DNA of 63,695 bases, the filler included, from Choristocarpus tenellus KU-1152 (lineage: Eukaryota > Protista > Phaeophyceae), in the NCBI GenBank assembly GCA_964200185.2. It is 13 parts of 13 records of this genome, joined end to end, with 100 filler letters (N's around TTAATTAATTAA, not from the genome) between each part and the next. Parts side by side here need not be neighbours in the genome. Positions count along the whole stretch, not along the records: positions 1 to 2,876 come from CAXNAD020024001.1; positions 2,977 to 8,118 come from CAXNAD020011740.1; positions 8,219 to 11,957 come from CAXNAD020018209.1; 10 more parts are not named here. One strand, given 5' to 3'. Shown piece by piece: positions 1 through 9,523 of the stretch (position 1 is the first letter of the stretch; each line of letters opens with the position of its first letter). The translations under genes were made by a program, and so were the position numbers. Under the pieces are notes generated by a model. The model saw nothing but the letters and a program-made list of their open reading frames with translations, was not told the origin of the DNA and did not search any database.

Positions 1-180
1 CCGGTGATTCTCTTTGCCACCCTTGCCTGAGTGAACCACGCCGCCACAGAATCACACGATTCACACCACACAACAAATCAATTCCACAAAAAAAATTGGG
101 GATACTTTTGGGAATATCCATTCTTCCCCCAATATTTTCCACTACTGACCTTCATACTCCTCATCTTCTCCCCCCTACCA

Positions 181-1500
181 CATGCGTAGCCAATTCATAC
201 AGAAAAAATTCTGCTTGCTAAGCGAGGCGCCCAAACCTTTTCACTGCGAAGGTGTTGAGGTTAATACTATGAGTGTCAAAAGAACCCTTGTAGTGGGTGA
301 GCTTTCGCGCCTCAGCTACAGCACCAGCTATTATACAATTGCTGGTAGATCAAAGAGGTAGATGGGAGGCTGCTTGAGCTTCTGCAAACGTAACATCTCT
401 GAGTAGGCCTTTGTACTGGTAGGGAGCTGATACGGCGTCCCCAAGTGCCCAATGGAAGACCATATCCATGCGGAAAATCCTGTCCACTGTGAATGGGTTA
501 CCATCCTCCATAGTGCAGGGGATTCTCATTCCTTTGCAGAGTTGACCTACACACATCACCTTCAGTGTGTGTTGTGGTGGCTGCCATGTAATATAGTAGG
601 GGAACAAGGGGGTCCCCCGCTTGTGCCCCTGACCTAGATGGCAGGATCTTCATCCCTCCCTCATCCAGGGGAAAAGAAGATCACAGGTGCCCCCATATAG
701 ACCTTGGACATGTAGTGTAGGAGCCTGGTAGGGGTCTCAAGGAGAGCCTTGGTGAAGGCCGAGGGTCGTACGCTGTTGAAGGCGTTTCTTCCATCTAGAT
801 TAATGACCCATTCGCCGTACTCATTTCTCAGGTGAATGTCGAGTGGGGCACGCTCCACCCCATTTGGGACCCCTAAACCAAACTACCCCATTCCGCCAAA
901 ATGATCCTCCAGCTAGGGGCGCCACTCTGCACAGAAGGCTGAAGCACATGTGTTACAGGCAAATAGCGCAAGTATATCTTCCCGCGCTCTTATAAGTGTG
1001 AGCATTATGCACACACGTGGGGAACTCCTTCAGGGGGAACTCCGATTAGCTAAAAGTTGCAGAGCAAGATCTGTAACTTGTGTATGTATGTAACGGTTTG
1101 CAGATATATCTTAACGTCTGTAAATAAAAATAAACGGTGAATGATGTTGAAAAAACAGTGTCTCGTTGTCATACGATTCACCTCTAATATTGATTGACTG
1201 ACACCAATTAGTGGCAATTGATTCAGAAAGTATATTTTATCGGCTGACCTGACGTTCGTTGGACCTTTTGACTGTTGGAGTATCCTGGGAGGCTTGTACA
1301 AGCATCAGCGTCATCTATAGGCCAGTGGATTAGAGCTCTAAATCCCGTGGAGGTAAGCTTTTGGAGCGTGCTGTAACACATGCCCTTCTAAAGAAGGAGC
1401 CACAGGTGACCGGGCAGCACTTCTCTCAAATTGCGGACAGTCTGGAGGTGATGTGGAGCTTCCAAAACTCTGGAGGTAAAGCTCCGAGGAGGTGCAGGCT
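181..1500 (-). mobile_element. Decayed, internally deleted CRE-like non-LTR retrotransposon (RT + restriction-like endonuclease), interrupted by a solo LTR
   Basis: Minus-strand translation gives 'CCPVTCGSFFRR', 'FGLGVPNGVE', 'LDGRNAFNSVR', 'GAQAGTPLVPLL' (QGDPL-like RT motif), then RLE-like 'RMD...LLRDVT' and 'AEARKLTHYKG...FAVKRFGRL'. Stops and frameshifts are present. The reading frame resumes across the LTR at 951-1378. Confidence 0.8.
951..1378. mobile_element. Solo LTR (428 bp) with 4-bp target-site duplication
   Basis: Starts TGTTACA and ends TGTAACA. CATG on both sides (947-950, 1379-1382). A homologous truncated copy lies at 44281-44604. Confidence 0.85.
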
Positions 1501-1502
1501 AC

Positions 1503-1709
1503 CTCTCAAAGATTAGCAAATGCCTCCACCACTTCTTTTTTGGTGTGATTTGGTCGCACGTGTCGGATTTGAAATGTCAGCAAAAAAACGAGTTGTTTGG
1601 GTTGGGGGTGTGCGGTTGAAAAAGACAACAAAAAAAACAGTTTCTTGCCCGAAACGGCCCCCCCCCCCAAAACCCCCCCCCCCCCCCCCCCCCCCAGATA
1701 CTTTGACCC
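1503..1709. mobile_element. Short TIR element, family C
   Basis: Ends CCCCCAGATACTTTGACCC. Its internal sequence GTGATTTGGTCGCACGTGTCGGATTTGAAATGTCAGCAAAA is shared with 38768-38915. Left boundary uncertain. Confidence 0.7.
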
Positions 1710-1899
1710 GAAACAGTACCCTGAAAGTTTCTTCTGTCCCTGGGGCTCTGGGCTGTGATAGGAGAATACTCACCCCCTTGGAGATACCTCCATGATGGTG
1801 ACCAAGTGCTACAGCTCGTTCCAGGGCGGAATTTGGGTCATCTTAAGGGGCCTCCCAACGTCTGCTGGTCCTCTGGGATCCTTCTAATAGCCATGCTAC

Positions 1900-2160
1900 T
1901 AACTGTGTCTGTGTCCTTGTAATATAGATTTGGTTTTCCCCAATACATCTACCCATAAAAAATTCAGAGTGTGGAACACAGGGTTGTCTATTATCATAGC
2001 CAATACACCGTTATACCGATTGAGGTTCCTTGTCAGGAATTCCAGATTCCAGTGGAGGAATCCTTCCGAGAGACCGATCCCACAAGTAGTGGATATCTCT
2101 TCAGTCAAAGATATCAAACACCGAAGATTCTCTTTGTTGTCACTCTCCCCACCCTCCTAG
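1900..2160 (-). mobile_element. Possible Copia-type integrase remnant
   Basis: Degenerate 'LRCL...TCGI...NRYNGV', resembling the integrase LRxDxGGE...PQxNGVAER region. Heavily decayed. Confidence 0.35.
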
Positions 2161-2203
2161 CAAGGCAGTAAGGGCCTCATGGCGAGTCCTTCTCACAAGC
2201 TGT

Positions 2204-2876
2204 ATGATCCGTTTTGACTCCTTCTGGACACACCTAGCCCGCCTACCAAATGAAGTGCAACAGGGGCAGGAAAGCTCCTCACTAGCCCTAGCACGCCACC
2301 AGAGCCAGTGTGGACAAGGGGCAAATGCATGGGCCTCAATACAATCCCTAGAGCCGGCATGCCGGATCCCCCCCCGCAGAGTTCAAATTCACCGCCAGCA
2401 GATCCCTAGGGAGGGAGGAGGTCCTGTCAAATAGGTGCCCAGTGACTGGGTGCAGGAGGCAAAGTATCGACACCAGACATGCCCATACCTACCCCAGGGC
2501 AGGAGACCAGGTGCGACAGCACATCCCTATGGTGAAACGTCTCAGTCAACTATGCAAGGGGGTGGGCATCACCTGCACTATGGAGGATGGTAGACCCTTC
2601 ACTGTATGCAGGAATTTTCGCATGGATACAGACTTCTATGCAGGGGCACTCACGGACGCAGGATCAGCCCCCTACCAGGACAAAGGCCTCCTGCTAGATG
2701 TTACGTTCGCAGAAGTGCAGGCAACCTCCCACCCTCCCATTCATCCACCAGCAATGGTGTAGCTGCTGCTGCAGCCGAGGTGTGAAAGTGCACCCACTAC
2801 GAGGACTCTTTTGACCCTCGCAACTATAGCCTCAACACCTTCGCGGTGGAACGTTTTGATCGCTTCGGCAAACAAG
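2204..2876 (+). mobile_element. CRE-like non-LTR retrotransposon 3' fragment (Cys/His knuckle + RLE)
   Basis: 'GCRRQSIDTRHAHTY...GDQVRQH', 'FRMD...LLLDVTFAE', 'FAVERFDRFGKQ'. Homologous to 200-560 (opposite strand) and to 45626-46000. Confidence 0.8.
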
Positions 2877-2976
2877 NNNNNNNNNNNNNNNNNNNNNNNN
2901 NNNNNNNNNNNNNNNNNNNNTTAATTAATTAANNNNNNNNNNNNNNNNNNNNNNNNNNNNNNNNNNNNNNNNNNNN
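2877..2976. other. Artificial contig linker; also 8119-8218, 11958-12057, 19766-19865, 30614-30713, 34876-34975, 38668-38767, 42601-42700, 45526-45625, 48940-49039, 52154-52253, 60856-60955
   Basis: Identical 100-bp spacer, N44-TTAATTAATTAA-N44, with stops in all six frames. Confidence 0.98.
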
Positions 2977-3117
2977 GTGTCCATTTGGGCCAAAACCAGG
3001 AAAAGTGCACTTACATTATCCATCCGACATATACAGCCAAATCACCCAAAAATCGTGACTTGAAAAAATTGATCCCAAATGGACAGCCGCCACCCCCCCC
3101 CCCAGATACTTTGAGCC
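2977..3117 (+). mobile_element. MITE family A (partial, contig edge)
   Basis: GTGTCCATTTGGGCC...GGACAGCCGCCACCCCCCC-CAGATACTTTGAGCC; homologous to 43125-43302. Confidence 0.9.
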
Positions 3118-3779
3118 AGATCTTCGTAGCTCGACAGAGTGATACGGATGTCATCAGAGGCCTAATATGTATCCAAATCTTGAATCAATTTAATATCAAT
3201 TCTGTATCAATCTTACATCAATTTTATATCAATTTTTTTATCAATTGCATATCAAATTTTTATCAAACTTGTATCGATTTTGTAGAGGGGACTTGTGCTC
3301 CTCTTGATGGGGTGAATTTGTTCTTTTTTGTTCTTAATTCTTTTGATTCTTAGGAACAGGGAGATAAAACCCTAACCCTCAGATGTATATAAATTGAATG
3401 AATGGACTGTCAACCGTAAAGCTGCATATATGGAGTAGGCTAGTGCACAAACAACCAGTAAATATAGCTCGGAGGTTAGTTCTTGACTCTGCACCTCTAT
3501 CTCTGCCAAGGACTTGGGTTAATACTTCACCTTCCCTTTCACTAGCAGGAGGATGAAGGTCTCTGATTATTGCTCTGGTTGAGGGGAATCATATCGTTTT
3601 GCCCACGGTGGCTTCTGATTCATCCACACCAAACTGTTTGTGTCGCCTTCCAGGTTCTGTTGGCGCTACTTCTAGTGTACACTTGATTGGTGGAGCACTC
3701 GATTCATCTGTTAGTCTTTGTGAACGAAGAGTTAATTCCCTCAGCATTCTCCATTGTTTGATTAAGACCCTTTTCTTTT

Positions 3780-4044
3780 GAGTCAAAGTATCATAGAGGG
3801 TAGGTCTGTGTACGTTAGGGGTCATAAATGTTGCGATTTTGATGTAATTTTGGCTATCGTGTCTGTTAGGAAGTGTCAATATCCTTGCTCCGGACACAAC
3901 TTTCATAAGTCCTATACATTTTATTTACTTCAAATACGAAATGTTCACACAGAAAACCTGAAAAGGGCATAAAAACCCCGTGGGAAGCCAAGTCCCGCTC
4001 AGAAAAAAAGGGCAAAACTCCTACCCTCTTACATGCTTTGGCTC
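3780..4044 (+). mobile_element. MITE family B, complete
   Basis: TIRs GAGTCAAAGTATCATAGAGGGTAG / CTACCCTCTTACATGCTTTGGCTC; TTT on both flanks. Confidence 0.85.
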
Positions 4045-6940
4045 TTTGGGTTTGTACTAACCCTAACCCTTCAAGTACTAGAAACTAGAAGTACACTATT
4101 TCACTGCAATGTTGACATCGTGCCAAGCAACAAGTGCAAAGATACACGCCGCTCATGTCATACAAAAACTTCGATTTACCTTGCCAATCCTCACAGTATT
4201 CTTGAGGTTATCATTCCAAGACAAATCAGTGTGTTGTGTGGTTGCGTCCTGAATGTCAGATTCCTTTAAATGAGAATGATTGTCTAAGAGATACCACTTA
4301 CAAAAGGCCACAAGCATCATCCATCATCCATCCATTTTTTGTTTGTTGTTATTTCTTCCAGTGTGTAGATTGTACCTCTCCTTCCATTCTTGGTTTATGG
4401 TCAACTTCAACTTCAACTTTCTATGGGAGTGTGTGTCGATTTCGGCAATTGCTAGAATGGCCTCTTCTAAATAATATCTGTAGTATAAGCCCCCGCATGA
4501 GTTGCATAGGTATCTTGCAAGGTTTTTTTAACTCACAAAAACTTGCTCTGAATGGTGTCCGTCATGGCTATCCTGCAATGACCGGAATGCAAAATCGTTT
4601 GTGGGGGGGGTACATCGGAGGGGCACTGGTCCTGACTCCCTCACTGCAGCAACAAAAGTATATATATTATTTGTGTCAACCCTTCGTGAGGATTGTTGTG
4701 TGAGGATTGTTGCCCCGAATGAAAACTATCGATGTTAACCAATCCTGTATACCAAAGACCTCTGACCAATGGAACAGATGAAAGAAAAAATGCATTTACT
4801 AATAAATAACGAGCACTCAGAGCCAATCCAAGACTCTCCCTGTCGAGTTGAGGTTTGCTGCCCACGGTGCCAACAAACCCACAAAAAAATAAAATATATA
4901 TATATATATACAGGGTTCTTCACTCAACAGAGGCGTTGTTGATCTGGGCAGGCCATGCCGACAGAGGCCAAGAGTGCGTTGGAACTATTCCAAACACAAC
5001 AGATTCAGTTACCATCACCACACGCTTCCGCCTCAAGTGTCAAGCCTGAACCAATTGTTAACAGAAGAAAAAAACATCCCAAGTATTACAGTTGACTGCC
5101 ATCCTCCTGGCTTGCTGGCACACTACACTATTTTATTCTCTTATTTGCGAATTGCATGACAACCCCCATACCCACACGGGCGGACCCCTCCATGCAGATG
5201 CAATCAAGGAGGTGGACAGACAGCAAGCTGAGATCGGGCTAGGAGACCGCTTTCCAGGCTGCGAATATGACAGACTTTAGTTGAGTCCTGTTGCACCATC
5301 CTCACTTACAGTCATGAGCAGCACCTGGCAGTGTTAGCTCCTCCCACCACCACTACATGTGTGTGTTATGTGTGTGCATAATCCTGGCATGCAAGAGCAG
5401 CTTTTGTTGGTTCTACTTGTGTGTGTGTCTTCATGCCTTGCCTGTGTTTTGCTTGGGCATACAAAAGGTACTGTGCAGGAGGTTCACCATGCAGTGCAAC
5501 AGCGGAAGACAGTCCGTTGCCCATATACATCACATGCCCGCTCTCAGGCAGTGCCACGGTGATAATGAGTGCTCTGACAAAAGGACACGCTGCGAAGGAA
5601 TGGAAACTACATACACGAGGATCGATCTGGTCACTCATGAAGCGCCAATCCTACTCCCAAAAACCTCACTCAATCGCATAAAAATCGACTCTTGTTTTTA
5701 CAGGCAAGAAGAACGTTGACCTTTCCGGTGAAACAACTGTTCTGCAACATGCTGCTTTCATGATTATTCATGCGAACAAACTGAAGTGTCACCACTTCAA
5801 CTGCACGCTTGGGAACAGTATGCTTAAAGTCCCAATTACTAAGTGCTAGTACAAAACACTAGAGAGATTTCTTCTGAGGATATCAAACGCCCTCATAAAC
5901 ACCCTCATCAGCATGCAGTACCTCCTCAGCACGTACCCCTCTCATTGCAACTTTTGGCACATGCTACTGCTCTTGGAATTTATCGTGGGATACATGTAAA
6001 CTCCGGCCAAGAAAGGCGTTCAGATGCCTTGTTTTCAAGGCCGTTTTCATGCACCCTGATGGCATACACCCTGGAGACAGTGCACCCTCCTATAAAATCG
6101 TTGTGCTGACAGTGTTTGAGTGATCTATCAACTAGGTGGTAATAAAGACCAAATTAGAAAGACCTATAAGTGCACCTCAGTAGGGAGGGTGATCTTGCAT
6201 TCTTTTGCCCCTTAGCACACATATACAGGAGCATGCACACAGAATACAAGTTTTCAGTTCAGAGCACTCTGCCTGAGGTTCGAACAGGACATACCTTGCG
6301 CTCAGTTGTAACAACTCTTTTCTTAAGGAAACGTACACACTTATTGAGAGTATCGATGATACCATATGAACACCCTTTTACCAATACAAACAGAACAAGT
6401 CAGTTCTTCTGTACTTTTTGGTTCTAACAAAAACATAACTAGAAAAAATAAAAGTGCACTCCCCACCCCTACCCCCCCCTGTAAGGGAAATAAAAAACAT
6501 TTGATATCCCTTTAGTGACCACAACTCTCCACCCCTAACTTGAAAAGTGCAATGACACAACTTAATTGTGCCAACCCCACCTTGCCAATCTTATCCCCTG
6601 CAACAGTCACCAATATTTTGCACCCAAATCCCAAATCCCCTTCGTAGGGCATAGACCACACCCCATCTGCTGTCCTGTCTGGAAAGCTCTCTCTCCAACA
6701 CAAGCTGACTGATGCACACTATAGAGATATGTGTAGGGTCACTGAGACTGCCCTTAACTCTGGTTTGACAGTTGGCATGGCATGGAATGAAAACTGATGA
6801 TGGACCTGTCCCAAACTGCTCTCTTCTCCTCTTCTATGGTCTACCTACCGACGAACTTTCAATCACACTCAAAGCACCAATCAATCCTATACATCAATAT
6901 AAACATCCGACAGATTTATTTTTTTTCTTAAGGAAATGCT

Positions 6941-7996
6941 TCAGCCCCCTCCCGGCTTTGACCCCAAAGATGATGATACCAAGGATGTGTCACAGCAAGA
7001 TCCCACAGCTGACACGCAGGGGTGGAGACAGGTTGTTGGCTCGCAGTGATCCAATTGAACCTGCCCAATCATTTTTTTTTTTTAAGGAATAAATAAAAAA
7101 AACAAGATGGCGTGTTGCATCAAGAACACACACAAAATACACATGTACGGATGATGATGATGATGGTGATGGTAATGATGGTTATGATAGGTATGGATGG
7201 GTATGGATGGGTAGAGAGGACGAGAGTAGTGGTGATGTGCCTGCCCCTCCCACAGGGAAAGCGGCAGCAAGATAAGAAAGGGTATGTACCCTAAATGTGC
7301 TACGTATTGACACAACGGTAGTATGAAGGGCTTACTCAACATCTATTCAACAGAGAGAGAGATAGAGAGAGATAGGACAGTGAAAAGTTCACAAGAGAGT
7401 AGTCAACATGGTGGTGCACATGAATGATGCACCAGACCAAAACACAAAACACACAACACACACTTGAGAAAAAACCAAAAGTGATCAAAAGTATGGATCT
7501 ACAAAATCCAGCAAGAGAGACTGTAGGTGAATCGACCCTACAGGTCTGAAACTCTTCTCACCATCGAACAACAGTAGTGCCATATGTAGCACCGTCGCCC
7601 AACAAGCCAGCGCTCCTCTCCCCAGGCACACGCCCGTACCTTTGTAACAACACTCAAGGACTCTCTCTCTCTACATACATACATAGACACATAGACTCAT
7701 ACATACACATACGCGCATATATATGTAAGTACGCTCTCCCACTTTTTTACTACATCAAAGTGAAGAATCGTTTTTTGTAAAAAATAAATTTACATTTGGC
7801 TAGTTTTGTTCAAATAAGAGAAAGAAGCAAAAAAAATCAAACACCTGGATTGTAGAATGGGATACCCCCATGTCCTCGCAGATGTTGTGTGCCTCTACCA
7901 GTGCTCTCTCCGTCTCTGTCGCCTTAATGTGTGCAGTCACAACTGTGCGACCAAGTGTGAGTGACCATGCATGCAGGCAGTGAACATCTGTCACCC
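6941..7996 (-). CDS. Cation diffusion facilitator (ZnT/MTP-type zinc transporter), last two exons: 7845-7996, 6941-7060
   Basis: Spliced (G)VTDVHCLHAWSLTLGRTVVTAHIK...ALVEAHNICEDMGVSHSTIQ|VQLDHCEPTTCLHPC...* matches the CDF C-terminal domain pattern GVxxVHxLHxW...AH...HxTIQ. Canonical AG/GT sites. The 5' part is off the contig. Confidence 0.85.
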
Positions 7997-8218
7997 CTAC
8001 AAGATCAGAGAGGGTACGGTGGGAGTATGCAAAGGACCGTGGACACCAACAGCAGGGGGGGGGGGGGACGCATGAGAATCCATTGGGATGCTCGCATAAC
8101 CTGGAAGTTTGAAGTCCANNNNNNNNNNNNNNNNNNNNNNNNNNNNNNNNNNNNNNNNNNNNTTAATTAATTAANNNNNNNNNNNNNNNNNNNNNNNNNN
8201 NNNNNNNNNNNNNNNNNN

Positions 8219-8561
8219 CAGGCCCCAACTTAATGACAGGTAAACGGTCACCAACGAAGTGCTTGCGATCGTGGTGGTTCTCACACGCCCGGATGATGTC
8301 CTGCTCTTTGGCCAACGTGCGGGCAAGGAAGGACTCACTATCTGCCACGAAATTCTTCACACAGGCTAAGCGCTTGCAGCAGTCAACCTGTTCGTTGAAC
8401 GGGATGGGTTGGGCCCATTCTCAGCGAAGCTTGGCGCCGGTCGCTGAAGCGTCATTGGTAGAAAGCTCCAGCGCATCATTGTTGGCAGGCTGATGAGGGG
8501 GCAACACAGGGGGCGGCACAGGTGACAAAAGCCACCCCCTTGCTGTGGGAGCAACTGTCAT
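8219..8561 (-). pseudogene. N-terminus of a Cys-rich ORF (possible transposase), divergent from the ParB-like gene and truncated by the contig edge
   Basis: MTVAPTARGW...GAKLR*EWAQPIPFNEQVDCCKRLACVKNFV...HHDRKHFVGDRLP; GC-rich and coding-like with one in-frame stop (8421-8423). Identity is an inference. Confidence 0.45.
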
Positions 8562-8643
8562 GATGTTTTCGAGCAACAGGCGGTCTTGGGCAGCGAGAAG
8601 GTCTAGGAGTGAATTGAATTCAAAGCCGGGTGTATGAACAATG

Positions 8644-9385
8644 TTTGAGCCTCGGGCGATCCGTGGGACCACCCTGAAATCCATGATCCGGAAAACACGT
8701 GCATTATGGTTTTTAGAAATTAAAAATTCGATTATATTCGTAATTTCAACTTTTTAGAATATAAAGCACATACATAATTGATCTTGTACGTTTCCAATGT
8801 TCCGAAGCCAAAAGGTAAAAAAAAACTGACACCCTCTAATTGTTTAAAGTATAAAGTATTATATTGTTCGACATTTGTATTTTTAAATATAAATGTCGAC
8901 AAAAGCAGTTTTTGAGTTTCGGGCAATCCATCGGACCACCAGAAACCCTTGAACCGCCAAAACACGTGCATTAGGGTTTTTAGAAATAGTAACTCCGATT
9001 ATATCCGTTTTTACAATTTTTAAAAATACAAGCACGTACTTTATTGGTCTTACACGTTTCGAATGTTCCGAAACTAAAACGTAACTTTAAACTGGTATCC
9101 TATAACGTTTTTGAGTTTCGGGCGATCTGTCGGACCACCCGAAACCCTTGAACCCCCAAAACACGTGCATTACGGTTTTTATGAAATAATAAAAATATAG
9201 TTTTCTTAATATCAACAAATAAAAATACAAACCACATACTTCATTGATCTAATACGTTCGAAACGTTCCAAAGCGAAAAGGTCACAAAAAACTGATACTC
9301 TCTATCTGTTTTAAATATGAAATCGTATACTGTTCGATATTCGTATTTATTGTAACACAATTATCAACAGAAAGAGAAATCTGAG
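8644..9385. repeat. Three diverged AT-rich direct repeats (units start 8644, 8911, 9110; about 267, 199 and 272 bp)
   Basis: Each unit begins TTTGAG..TCGGGCRATC...GGACCACC.GAAA.CC.TGA.CC...AAAACACGTGCATTA.GGTTTTTA. Confidence 0.9.
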
Positions 9386-9523
9386 TTCTTTGGGGACCGA
9401 CCGACCAGATGAAATAAAGCAGCACCTCCCAGCCCTCAGTCCTCATTTCCATTCCTTCCCTTCCGCACATACCACCAGCAGCTCTTACTCATCTATCCCC
9501 GTCACACCCTCCCAATCTTCGCC

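Noticed and set aside
4910-5700. Exon-like GC-richer blocks on the minus strand
   Set aside because: Stops interrupt the candidate frames and no recognisable motif was found; possibly a pseudogene, not callable.
8690-9170. Canonical bacterial parS sites or bacterial contamination
   Set aside because: Only the CACGTG core matches, not the full 16-bp palindrome. The neighbouring gene has spliceosomal introns and a host-type MITE.
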